A stretch of DNA of 64,000 nt, taken from contig NW_026262701.1 of NCBI RefSeq assembly GCF_021869535.1, positions 104,594,001 to 104,658,000 of the forward strand, in the 5' to 3' direction. The notes beneath the pieces are model-generated. The model was not told where the DNA came from. It did no database searches and saw only the letters and a list, made by a program, of their open reading frames with translations. Position 1 is the stretch's first letter; every line of letters starts with the position of its first letter. The translations under genes were made by a program, and so were the position numbers. Origin of the DNA: Mytilus californianus. Taxonomy: Eukaryota. This document shows, piece by piece, positions 38,601-50,568 of this stretch.

Positions 38601-41600
38601 CCACAGTTATCAAGTTTTAAGTAATTTAGTAGTAATCTGCGTAGAAATTCCTTGCAGATATGAACTGATTATTACATAAACATAACTAAAATCCTAGTTC
38701 AAGGCTAGATTTAAAATCAGTTTATATATCACTCTTCAATAGGCCTGTAGTTTGCAAACACCACATCTGTTTTATTTATTCTATTTATAGTCTGTATAAT
38801 GATTTCAAGATAATGTGATAGTGTTTGATAAACAGTTTAAATCATTTGATCTGGATAATATAATTATTATAAACTGGTGTTATATTGTTGTTATATCCAT
38901 AGGTTACATCTAAAAGAAAAGAAGAAGCAAGCGAATATGAAGAAACAGACGGTAAGTTTAAAGTGCATATAAACTTGATAAAAAGTAACAAATAGTGTCC
39001 CCAATCCCAATTAATATGGCATAGTTATTGTGCATTTCCAGCCTATCTGGCCTTTTATAGCTGACTGTGCGGTATGGGCTTTGCTCATTGTTGAAGGCCG
39101 TATGGTGACCTATAGTTGTTAATTTCTGTGTCATTTGGTCTCTTGTGGAGAGTTGTCCCATTGGCAATCATATCACATCTTCTTTTTTATAAATACATGT
39201 ACCTACAAATCTTAATGAGTATCTTGATGTTTAAATCTTTGTTATTTTGTAAACAGTAACACTGATCTAATTTATATTTTGAAGCAATTAAAGGCTGTCT
39301 TTATATGGAAATTTTAATGTCTAAGTTCATAAAACATATAATTTATAAATACAAAATTCAAAATACCGCAAAATTGGCTGCACATGAATTCATTGGCAAT
39401 TCCTATTTTGTGAAAATTATTTTATTTGTACAAAAATATCTGACTTCTTACTACAGTATGTAACGAGCACAATCATTGATTTTACTTAAAGTTATGTTGG
39501 AAGGACAAAAAAGTTACTGTTTCCATTGATAATTCATGCATATTGTTCAAAAAATTATAAAGAAATTGTGCCTCAGGTTAATCTGACAGCCAACATATAA
39601 CTTATGAAAACACAAAAATAACATGGCAGGACTGGTTACATGAAATATAATGAGATTAAAACTACTTTGTCAATCAAAACAATACACAATCAAGTGAGTG
39701 CAAAAATGGAAATATAACATAAAGTATAAATTACACACAGACTTATTCAGGTGTTAGCTTTCTTGTAGCTGGTCAGTTTCATGTTGAATTTAACTTGCAG
39801 CTTTGTAAATATCTGTTTAGTGGTATTGAAATCAATATTGGTTTTGGAGAAACAGCATACTTTAATTGACTTTATCTTGGATATAACAAAGTTCACCTAA
39901 GCTATTTTTCATCAACTGGAATTGTTTATTTTTTTGTAGATATCTTAATAGTAAAATTAAGAAAAGGGCAGGAATTGAAAGTTAGAGCTTTTGCAAGGAA
40001 AGGATTTGCCAAGGAGCATGCTAAGTGGAACCCAACCTGTGGCGTAGCATTTGAGTATGATCCAGATAATGCACTGAGACACACAGTCTACCCCAAACCA
40101 GAAGAATGGTATGTATTTTCAAGTAACAGTATTTCAATTCAAATCTTGTGTCATAAGACTATCAATTACTATACCGCAATATTCATATGATTTTGTAAAA
40201 AATTAACCTTATAAGGTCCTTCATGAACCTCTTTTAGATTAGGACCGAAATCTTTCATACAAAAATGTTAGATACTCTTAATCCAAGTAATTAAGTTTAA
40301 ACATATAGATATCTTACCCAAAAATATATAATGTAATGATAAATATGATACACTATAAAAATAAGATGTGGTATGATTGCCAATGAGACAACTCTCCACA
40401 AGAAACCAAGTGACACAGAAATTAACAACTATAGGTCACCATATGGCCTTCAACAATGAGCAAAGCCCATACCTCATAGTCAGCTTTAAAAGGCCTGAAA
40501 TGACAAATGTAAAACAATTCAAACGAGAAAACTAACGGCCTAATTTATGTACAAACTAATAAACGAAAAACAAGTATGTTACACAGCAACAAACAACAAC
40601 CACTCAATTACGAGGCTCCTGACTTGGGACAGGCACATACTGAATGTGGTGGGGTTAAATTTGTTTGAAGGGACCAACCCTCCCCCTAACCTGGGACAGT
40701 GGTGTAACAGTACAACATAAGTATAAACTATAAAAATCAGTTGAAAAAGGCTTAACTCATCAGACAGATACAAATAGAAATACATCTAACAAAAACACAG
40801 AGTGGACGTGGCAGGGTACTTATTCATCCCCACAACAAAAAGACACTAAGTACAGATCTGAGAGTACTCACAGTTACTGACAACTAGTTCAAAGCCAATA
40901 ATAACTTGTGCAGTGCCAAGATACAGGTATCGACACTGCTTGTTTGGGATATAGTATCCAGTTTTAAGAAAAGGCTTTTACCTGTTCAAATAAAAGTTCA
41001 TAGCATATTTGCAACAAATACTTTCATATATTCTCCTTAAATGAATCCCTATGATCATTACAGGCCAAAGAGTGAGTACACAGAACTTGAAGAAGAAGAA
41101 AGTATGTATGATAAACAATTACATTATACAGTCATTAATTTGAATCACCAAACTCACATCTCAAAAATTCGTTTCTCTTCCTTGTCACTCAAAATCAAAT
41201 ATTAGAAATTCAAAAGTATTAAACACTGAAGAGTAATAAACCAATATAAGACCGAAAAAGAAATAAGGAGTAACGCACAGTTGATGTCTGCGTTACCGCT
41301 TTTTGGTAAATTTCTCCTAGTGTGACATACTTGTGGATATTCTTCTAATTAGAAATACATACAAGTTAGACCTTGATGTATTCTAATCCACAACTTTAAG
41401 ATAAGATTTCTAGAGTTACTGTCTAACAAAGCACCTGTACAAAACCTATCACCTTCATGAGATCAATAACATTTCCACCGCAGGCTTGATGTTTTGGCCC
41501 TCTGGTCAACAACTAACTGTACAGCTCACTTTATGTTATAACTATATCAGTAGGTATATCAAGTACCATGGTTCATCTGAATTTTAATACCTCCATGCAA

Positions 41601-42395
41601 AAGTTGTCGTCTTTGAACAAAAGGTTAGGGGTTTGATTCACTAGAAGGTCTCACCAAAGACATAATTATTTGTATTTAATGTTTTCTGCCAAACACACAG
41701 GAGTAAGAGCAAAGACTGACTCGCCTGGATTTAGAATATTTTTTTTCAATATTTTCAGAGAATTTAATTAAATCTGGAGTCTGTTTATGACTCTTTTAAA
41801 CTGAAACTAAAATAGGACTAAAACAAACAACAGATCTGAACAATGATGCACTAGAGCATACTTAAATGAAGCAAAACTTGACCAAAATCAAATCAAAATG
41901 TCCACACATCATACCTAAATGTACTAAAATCAAAATTAAACTGGTATGAGACTTCAAATTTATTTTTTTTAGAAATGGGGATAGCATTATTGCACTTGTT
42001 TCTTCTTGTATAAATTACTGACATGTACAAGATCAGTTGGCAATGCAAATCAAAAATAAATATAATTTTTTTTATTCATGTACCCTCTGGTGTTTTCTAG
42101 TATGTATAAAAAAAAGTGGCATGAAACCCTATATAAATCAATAAGAATCTTTATTTTTCTCTTTCCCTCCCAACTAGTACATATCTATTAATCTGAATAT
42201 TTTATTTCTTTTTCAGCACAAGCAGAACCAAATCCACTTGGAAAAGCTAACAAATTTTTCTACAATGTTGAATCATGTGGTTCATTGAGACCTGAAAATA
42301 TTATGTTTTCAACGTTATCTGTGCTGAAGAAAAAACTTAGTGATTTACAAACTCAACTCAGTCATGAAATACAAAGTGATGCACTGGCTATTTGA
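23648..42395 (+). CDS. POLR2C: DNA-directed RNA polymerase II subunit RPB3, 273 aa, 8 coding exons
   Basis: Exons (plus): 23648-23733, 26170-26219, 27616-27737, 28728-28856, 38903-38951, 39940-40108, 41064-41101, 42217-42395. Total 822 nt, all GT-AG. Reads MPYANQPTV..., [44 protein letters not shown], the Zn motif [41 protein letters not shown], and ends [22 protein letters not shown]. Confidence 0.98.
29580..31060 (+). pseudogene. Degenerate Penelope-like element reverse transcriptase, split by a MITE
   Basis: Peptide remnants [25 protein letters not shown] and RDDGFMV. SMTY|[11 protein letters not shown] is interrupted at 30382-30924. Many stops and frameshifts. Confidence 0.7.
30382..30924. 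mobile_element. MITE with 16-bp TIR inserted in the Penelope-like RT relic
   Basis: ATAGAGGGTGGTAAAA at 30382-30397 and TTTTACCACCCTCTAT at 30909-30924. The TSD is not cleanly resolvable. Confidence 0.7.
31255..32436 (+). mobile_element. Non-autonomous HINE-like family C element with internal array of about 130-150-bp monomers
   Basis: 5' ATGCCCC is inverted to the 3' GGGGCAT. (GTAC/GTCC)n microsatellite. Repeated monomer AAACTTATACACAATGCTTATTACCACAAAACACAGATCAAG. Perfect 18-bp palindrome GTGTCCACATGTGGACAC at 32405-32422. Confidence 0.75.
33325..33525 (+). mobile_element. tRNA-derived SINE with a V-domain-like central core (degenerate)
   Basis: B-box-like GGTTGTGAGATTCAAAACCC, then GTGGTTCTTCCCAGGTAATCTAGCTTCTTCC, which resembles a conserved SINE core as recalled. 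Confidence 0.45.
33842..36871 (-). CDS. Nested antisense gene: N-terminal BC-box/SOCS-box-like motif fused to a NEK-like pseudokinase domain, 302 aa
   Basis: Exons (minus): 36743-36871 (ATG, preceded by an acceptor at 36901), 35729-35903, 33842-34446 (TAA). Total 909 nt, phases 0 and 1, canonical GT-AG, no internal stops. [12 protein letters not shown] is a BC-box; LPLPKPL is Cul5-box-like. Kinase-like motifs: [32 protein letters not shown]. No HRD and no DFG. AATAAA (tttatt on plus) lies about 33556-33561. Confidence 0.85.
37375..38496 (-). mobile_element. HINE-like family B copy (reverse orientation) just upstream of the nested gene
   Basis: Hairpin end ACGACCGCAAAAAATTTTGTGGTCGTATA at the left, and TGCCCCAACTGTTCAGGGTTGGACCTCTGCGGTCG at the right. 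Internal G/A homopolymer tract at 38040-38240. Confidence 0.75.
40357..40908 (-). mobile_element. Retroposon-tail family A, long copy; others at about 6001, 24977, 26699, 28036, 29321, 33085, 34483, 39047-39190 and 43108-43670
   Basis: All copies share one fixed end (ATAAGAAGATGTGGTATGATTGCCAATGAGACAACTCTCC) and extend for variable lengths (about 30-560 bp), consistent with 5' truncation. Confidence 0.75.
41605..41740 (+). mobile_element. Degenerate tRNA-derived SINE; a related reverse copy lies at about 58990-59200
   Basis: GGTTAGGGGTTTGATTC (B-box-like) followed by CAAAGAC...TTGTATT...GGAGTAAGAGCAAAGACTG. The reverse copy contains GAAAAGCAGCAAATACCAATTTTAGTCTT. Confidence 0.4.
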
Positions 42396-42598
42396 TTCTG
42401 TTTGCACATTATGTAGAATTATTGTCAGCAGTCATGAAAACAAGAAAAATATCTTTTTTATACATGTGCTTCTATTGACTTTCAGCTAGGCAGCTTTGAT
42501 TTTTAAACATGAACTTAGGAATGTCCATGAAGACACATTTGATTTGTTGAACCACAAGTTATGTGAAAAAAAAATCTGTTGTAACTTGTAAATATAGT

Positions 42599-42604
42599 AA
42601 TAAA
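42599..42604 (+). terminator. Candidate polyadenylation signal of POLR2C
   Basis: AATAAA about 200 nt after the stop codon, followed by T/GT-rich sequence. Confidence 0.4.
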
Positions 42605-43107
42605 GGACAGTGTTCATTTTGTAAATTTTTGTTTTTCCACACAACTTCTGGAAGAAAACAAAAATGTATAACAGTATGTGTAATGATATATACAATCACT
42701 TAGTCTATCTGTCTGGTATTTGTCTAGGCAATACATATAATTATATAGTACCTGCTGTCATATAAGCTATTCTCCATATGATGTTTGGCAATGACCTAAA
42801 AGCATATCCTGACCTTGATTGATAAGTAATAAGATGGATCTAATATATGAAATTCAGATACTTATTTTGGTAAAAGTGAACCTTGTCCTTTGCTTGTCTG
42901 GTATCTCATTAATCATGTTAATGGTACTTTGTTTCATATTGGGTATATCACTATTATAAATTTTATCCATAATATGTGTACTTCTTGTGGAAGTATGATC
43001 ACTATAACAGGAACTAAAAGGAAAACTAAAATCCATTTTTTAAAGTATTATGTTGATAAATACAACCAGTTAAAGAGAATCTTGAAATCTGATATGTCTT
43101 ACTTATG

Positions 43108-43670
43108 AAAATAAGAAGATGTGGTATGATTGTCAATGAGACAACTCTCCACCAGAGACCAAAAGAAATAGAAGATTACGACTATAGGTCACTGTACGGC
43201 CTTCAACAATGAGTAAAACCCATACTGCATAGTCAGCTATAAAAGGCCCAAGAATGACAAATGTATAACAATTCAAACGAGAAAACTAACGGCCTAATTT
43301 ATGTACAAAACAGTGAACAAAAAACAAATATGATATACAGCAACAAACGACAACCACTGAATTACAGGCTCCTGACTTGAGGCAGGCACATACAGAATGT
43401 GGCTGGGTTAAACTAGTTTTTGGGGCCAAACCCTCCCCTAACCTGGGACTGGTGTAACAGTACAACATAAGAACAAACTATAAAAATTCAGTTGAAAAAG
43501 GCTTAACTCATCAGATCAATACAAAGCAGAGAAACACAGACTGCATGTGGCAGGATATTTATACATCCCCACAACAAAAAAGACATTAAGTACAGATCTG
43601 AGAGTACTCGTAGTTACTGACAGCTAGTTCAAAGCCAATAACAACTAATAAAAAAATCATGCATCTAAGA
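43108..43670 (-). mobile_element. Retroposon-tail family A, long copy
   Basis: Collinear with 40357-40908 over about 550 bp. Confidence 0.8.
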
Positions 43671-46555
43671 CTATTATTCAAAATAATTTTAGAATGGGCA
43701 TTGCAAAATGGTAGTGTTTTGCATGGCTCCTTTCTGAAATCTGAAAAGCAGAGCTCCCAATATAATAGCAAGAAGAATGCATGATTTCTGTTTTAGGAAA
43801 CAAAGCCTTCTTTGGTAGATTATTATTATCTTTAATCATTTTCCCTTAACTATGTTTTGTTGGGTCCACCTAGGTAAGAGGTAATATTTAAAAAAAATCA
43901 TATAAAACATTCAAGCTTAAACTAACAAATGCCAAAAAGTAATCTCTAAAGACTTATTTTGCTGCCTGTAAAAAAAAGATTGATTACTGATTGCTTAATG
44001 TCCAAGCATGTTTAGTACAAGAACAAATTAATAATTAATGCCAATAAAAACACACACAACAAAATTATGAGTGGTAAATAAATTATTGTTTTGGCTTCAC
44101 ACATAATTCTTTTGTTAGATAGACATGGAACATGTATATTAGAATAATATATAAAGATGCATTATATCAATACTGAACAATCTCTGCTGCTCAAAATGTT
44201 TTTTAATTGTAGCGTGCTTTACATCCAGTGGCAAATATTTCAAACATATTCATGACGAGAACGAAATGACAAGTGAAAAGTAGGTAAGTTCTGCATAGAA
44301 GGTTAATAGAGAGGATGGACTGCCAATGGAAAATGAGGGGATCCTGTAATTACATATTTTTTGGTTTTTCTTGGAAGCTCCCATGATACTAAGGAGAAAA
44401 TCCTTGACAATCATAGGATCAAAGAGCTGTTTTATGTTCCTTTGGAATTGTAACAAACGATGAAGAATTTGATCTTTTTTTCAATTCTACTGGATGCCAA
44501 TATTATATAAATGTCATTACAAACAATATTATATTGCTGTGTCTGCAAATGTTCCAAGAAACCTCTTTCCAAATTATTAACATTTATTTTATCAGTAATC
44601 AAAATCGTGCTTCAGAGTTACTGTGAAACTGCATACTAGTACTCTTATATTGGTGGTGTGAATCCAATATTTTTTTTAATCGAAATCCGCGATCGATATC
44701 GTATTCATTCAGAGTATTTCTACACTTGTTACACTCCCGTTTCTTTAGTCTGCGTATATATTAGACACCTATCTATGAAGGCATACAGCCTACCTATGCA
44801 AAACAAAGATGATCTAGTACCAAACCTTATTACTTTTATCTGTTATCTAACTTTTTATTTTTTTTTCTTATTATTATTATTATTGTTCGTTCTAGCAGCA
44901 ATATTTGATATTAACATGTTCATGACTAATTTTTGGGAATGGGTATGTATTTTTCATGCAAAATTTCAGTCCTGTCTTTTTATTTCAAAATTCTTCTTTT
45001 ACACCTAAAATAATTTTCTCTAAGTGAGAGTTCTGTTTAGTGTTGTGTCCTCCTTTCTTTTTAAAACCGTTTGTATTATTTTTCTATTTTTTTGCACTGG
45101 TATTGTTAGAAACTTCTAATGAAAGGTTTCGATCTTTACGAAATCTATACGTGAAACTGCAATTCATGTGAGAAAAAAAACAACCAAATAGTTTTCTGAC
45201 AGTTTCATTTTCTTTCTTTTTTTTTATCTGAACGACTACAACCGGAATTGCCACACCCAAATTAATAAAAAATAAAGTTCATAAATTAAATTACAGATAA
45301 TATTCTTTAAAGATTATAAGAAATCGCTATCAACAAATAAACCTATCCTCAAAATTAAAAAAGAACCGACATACGAAAATCTTTTTTCTTACTATAGCTA
45401 TCAAGAAATAATAAATAAGGTTTATACAACGATTTACAACACCAAAGTTGATTTGTATGCCTTCAATAAAATCTACGAAAAAATTAGGGTTAAATTACCC
45501 TTTTTCAAACACATTTCTGTCCATGTCTACTTTTTTGAAGATGAGCACCCCTTTAAAATCCCATTGTAATGTCGTTTCATCGATTCAAACTTCGAAAATA
45601 TCGGCACAAATTAGGATCCATCCTCTTTCCCATATGTAACTCCTAGAACCTCTTGTCAAAACTTATGAATAAGCGTCCGGCGGTTGATTAATTGTTTAAA
45701 AAAGCACTAAACTTTGCTACATATGAAGAGAGGAAATATAGGGTATTGTAAATCACTGCGACAGCAACCCAACAATGGGAAATAAAAAAAACCTTAGGTC
45801 AACATATTAGGTAATATATTATATTTTCTAGTTTTGTCAAACTTCATCTTTTTTTTCCTGTCTCAAACCCGTTAATATATTATCTCATCAAATACAAAAT
45901 ATCGATTATCTATAATATTGTCTAAGTAAGTGCGTATAAAATCAATGTAATTGGGAAAAGGGTTTTCTTTAATTTCAATTGCTTTTTAGGGCTATGATCC
46001 GGAAATCGTAATCTGTATATGGTGTTGGGTTCTATAAACGCAACAGCGTATAAAAAAATAGAAAAAGAAAGACATTACTCACAAGTTGAAAAACGTTCGA
46101 CAGAAGCTTCCTCTCACATCCAAATGTAGAGTTAACGTCAAGGCGACAGTACGACACAATCATAGACTCGACAACGTCACAATCCGCTGGGTGTAATGCA
46201 AGTATTGTTATACATTGTGGCGAGGACGTGATTAACAGTATCCTTCGCCTCTCTTTTAAAACATCATAAATATGATAAACAGTCAAAAGCATATGGATTC
46301 TTTAATTATTAACATATGCCCTCTATTTTAAGTGTTCTTAAGTGTTATCCATTTAATTTTACAATAATTGTGCTTTATAAGGGCTGTCTTTTTATCTTAT
46401 TTTTCACAGTATAAGTTAGAGAAAAGAGGCGGCACACCTAAATGCAGTTATTGCAAGATTATATTAACGAGAGTAAGAACACATACAAGAGAAAATAAAA
46501 TGAAATATTAAAAACAAATTAATAGAAAAAAAAATCAAACATCAAATAAAAGGGA

Positions 46556-47735
46556 GGTTCTATGTAAGGGAATGGTCTCTCCTGGATTAAACATAGTTTT
46601 CATTTTCAAAATAACACATGCTAAAGTTCTATGTACGGGAATGGTTTCTCCTGGGGTAAACAGAGTTTTCATTTTCAAAATAAGATATGCCAAAGTTCTA
46701 TGTACGGGAATGGTTTCTCTTGGGTTAAACATAATTTTCATTTTCAAAATAACACATGCCAAAGTTCTATGTACTGGAATGGTTTCTCCTGGGGTAAACA
46801 TAGTTTTCATTTTCAAAATAACACATGCCAAATTTCTATGAACGGGAATGGTCTTTCCTGGGTTAAACATAATTTTCATTTTCAAAATAACACATGCCAA
46901 AGTTCTATGTACGGGAATGGTCTCTCCTGGTTAAACATAGTTTTCATTTTCAAAATAAAACATGCCAAAGTTCTATGTACGGGAATGGTCTATCCTGGGT
47001 TAAACATAATTTCATCATTCAAAATAACGCATGCCAAAGTTCTATGAACTGGAATGGTTTCTCCTGGGGTAAACATAGTTTTCATTTTCAAAATAACACA
47101 TGCCAAAGTTCTATGTACGGGAATGGTCTCTCCTAGGTTAAACATAATTTTCATTTTCAAAATAACACATGCCAAAGTTGTATGTACGGGAATGGTCTAT
47201 CCTGGGTTAAACATAATTTTCATTTTCAAAATAACACATGCCAAAGTTCTATGTACGGGAATGGTCTCTCCTGTGGTAAACATAGTTTTCATTTTCAAAA
47301 TAACACATGCCAAAGTTCTATGTACGGGAATGGTCTATCCTGGGTTAAACATAATTTTCATTTTCAAAATAACATATGCTAAAGTTCTATGTACGGGAGT
47401 GGTGTCTCTTGGGTTAAACATAGTTTTCATTTTCAAAATAACACATGCCAAAGTTCTATGTACGGGAATGGTTTCTCCTGGGGTATTACATAGTTTTCAT
47501 TTTCAAAATAACACATGCCAAAGTGCTATAGGTACTGGAATCGTCTCTCCTGGGGTAAACATAGTTTTCGTTTTCAAAATAAGATATGCCTAAGTTCTAT
47601 GTACGGGAGTATTCTCTCCTGGGGTAAACATAGTTTTTCATTTTCAAAATAACACGTGCAAAAGTTCTATGTACGGGAATGCATGGTCTCTCCTGGGGTA
47701 AACATAGTTTTTCCTTTTCAAAATAACACATGCCA
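46556..47735. repeat. 69-bp tandem array, about 17 copies
   Basis: Unit GCCAAAGTTCTATGTACGGGAATGGTCTCTCCTGGGGTAAACATAGTTTTCATTTTCAAAATAACACAT. The period was measured as 69 (46689 to 46758). Confidence 0.95.
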
Positions 47736-48332
47736 AACATTTCATTACTATGTGTTCGTTGCTTGTCCGCCGTAAGAAGTTGACAACAGCTGATCAATTT
47801 CTATGAATTCGCTCCTTGAAACTTCAGTTGAACCAATATTTTAAATGTTTCTTTTTTTTTCGTTAATTGGTCTGGGCATGGCAAAAGATCATGTTTTCCT
47901 GTACTATTTATGGCATTACTGTAAGAAATCTTCAGACTATGAAAATACAACAAAATCTGTTTCTTTAAAGATATGTGATTTCCTGTGCCGTTTTTATTGT
48001 ATGGTCTTTTATGTACGTTTTACCTAATAGATATATTCAGTGTCTTCTTCACAAATAATACAAGATGGTCTTGAGATAAAGATTCTAGGTGCCGAAGTTG
48101 TGTATCTTGTTATTTACTTTACAGTTTTCCCTTTGTCTATGTGCTATTATGTTCCTTTTGATTGTTTGACTCTTGACGTGAGTTGGTATTTCTGTATCCA
48201 GCTATCAGGTTTTTTGCTTTGTGTTTTCCTGGTGCAGCCAGGTGGGTTCAGAAGTACGATTCGGACGAAAGAGTTTTTACAGTCACGGTTGTTTACCATT
48301 GTATATCAATATTTTACTTCATTTGTACTTAA

Positions 48333-48725
48333 AGATGTACTTAGGTGAAATTAAAAACATCAAGAATTTAAAATTGATACTGTAAGTCAGAAGAGCATAT
48401 TAAGTTAAGGAACAAAATAAGCTAAAAATATTGATAGGTTATGCAGCTCCTTTCCGAGATATTTAATTTCCAAAACATGGCGGGAAAAGGCTGACTCGGA
48501 CTTTTACCTTGTATTTGCATTGGTATTATTTGGATATTTAATCGAAAGAAAAGAAATCTAGAATCTGCTCAAATTTTGATAATGACCTTTTATGAGCTAT
48601 TGAAGTCTTTATGAAAAGAAAAATGGTTGATATGGGGCAAAATATTTTACCCTGTATTGTAGAGAAAAAAACAAGGAGTCCGAACGTCTGACAAAAATTC
48701 CTAAACCTGACTTAAGTATACATCC
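48333..48725. mobile_element. Kolobok-like MITE with TTAA TSD
   Basis: TTAA at 48329-48332 and 48726-48729. Imperfect TIR AGATGTACTT / AAGTATACATCC with purine-purine termini. Confidence 0.55.
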
Positions 48726-49204
48726 TTAATCGGGAAAGTGTGTACTAGTACGGAATCATGTTTTAATTTACTGTATTAACTATCATTTACAAAAGCTTTA
48801 TTGTTGGCTTCTTTTAACTAACAATAACTTTTTTGTTGGTGTCTTTGTGAGATTTATTTGTATGTTTGTTTGAATTCTTTAGTCAGTTCTGTTGTATGTC
48901 TGTGATGTATGTTCTGCTGAATCCCAATTATTGAAACATTAACCATTTATGTCTGTTTTGGGTTGCTCACCTAAATTGTCAACACAACGGAACGACATTG
49001 TATAAACAACTGTCATTCATGTGGGAGGCCAGGTAAGCTAGCTATAAAACCAGGTATAACCCACCCAAAATTCCTGTACCAAATCAGGAACAGTTGGTTT
49101 CCATTCATTCCGTTAGTTGGTATAGTCTAACGTTTCATCTTGTCAGTTTTTATGGACTTCTCCCTTTTTGAATTTAACCTTGGAGTTCGGTTTGTTAATA
49201 CTTT

Positions 49205-50568
49205 TTTTAGCTCACCTGGCCCAAAGGGCCAAGTGAGCTTTTCTCATCACTTGGCGTCCGTCGTCCGTCGTCGTCGTCCGTCGTTAACTTTTAAAAAAAA
49301 TTTCTCCTCTGAAACTACTGGGCCAATTTTAACTAAACTTGACCACAATCATCATTGAGGTAGGTATCTAGTTTCAAAAATGTGTCCGATGACCCGGCCA
49401 GCCAACCAAGATGGCCGCCATGGCTAAAAATAGATCATAGGGGTAAAATGTAGATTTGGCTTGTATCTCTAAAACCAAAGCATTTAGAACAAATCTGACA
49501 GGGGTAAAATTGTTCATCAGGTCAAGATCTATCTGCCCGGAAATTTTCAGACAAATAAGACAACCCGTTGTTGGGTTGCTGCCCCTGAATTGGTAATTTT
49601 AAGGAAATTTGCAGTTTTTGGTTATTATCTTGAATATTATTATAGATAGAGATAAACTGTAAACAGCAATAATGTTCAGCAAAGTAAGATCTACACATAA
49701 GGCAACAAGACCAAAATGGTCAATTGACCCCTTAAGGAGTTATTGCCCTTTAAAGTAAATTTTTAACAATTTTTCTAAAATTTTTGTAATCTCGTACAAA
49801 AATCTTCTTCTCTGAAACTCCATAGACAAATTCAACCAAACTTGGCCATAATCATCATTATATGGTATCTAATTTTAAAAATGTGTCCAATGACCCTGCC
49901 TTCCAACCAACATGGCCACCATGGCTAAAAATAGAACATAGTGGTAAAATGCAGTTTTTGGCTTATATCTCTGAAACTAAAGCATTTAGAGCATCTAATA
50001 AGTAAAAATGTTCAGCAGGTTAAGATCGATCTGCCCTGAAATTTTCAGACAAATCAGACAACCCGTTGTTGGGTTGTTTCCCCTGAATTGGTTATTTTAA
50101 GAAAATTTGCAGTTTTTGGTTATTATCTTGAATATTATTATAGATAGAGATAAACTGTAAACGGAAATAATATTCAGCAAAGTAAGATCTTCTTATTAGT
50201 CAACATGACCAAAATGGTCAATTGACCCCTTAAGGAGTTATTGCCCTTTAAAGTCAAATTTTAACAATTTTTCGTAAATTTTTGTAATCTTTTGCAAAAA
50301 TCTTCTCCTCTGAAACTACTGAGACAAATTTAACCAAACTTGGCCGCAATCATCATTAGGGTATCTATTTTAAAAAATATGTCCGATGACCCCGCCTGCC
50401 AACCAACATGGCCGACATGGCTAACAATAGAAAATATGGGTAAAATGCAGTAGTTTTTGGCTTATATCTCTGAAACTAAAGCAAAAGTATAATGGTTGCA
50501 TTATTTCATGCATCAATTGTAAACAAAAATATCAGGTGAGCGACACAGGCTCCTTGGAGCCTCTAGTT
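49205..50568 (+). mobile_element. Non-autonomous HINE-like family D element with about 500-bp internal repeats (about 2.3 copies)
   Basis: 5' GCTCACCTG is inverted to the 3' CAGGTGAGC (50533-50541). (GTC/GTCC)n microsatellite. 3' hairpin AGGCTCCTTGGAGCCT. Monomer starts at about 49302, 49806 and 50302. Confidence 0.8.

Noticed and set aside
46556-47735. CRISPR-like regular array
   Set aside because: There are no unique spacers, the units are contiguous, and the context is eukaryotic with no cas genes.
46535-47797. Many overlapping ORFs up to 179 aa
   Set aside because: They arise from the 69-bp tandem repeat, are open on both strands, and are broken by indels.
48040-48348. 102-aa hydrophobic ORF
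   Set aside because: No recognisable motif, no splice context, and the opposite-strand frames are interrupted by stops.
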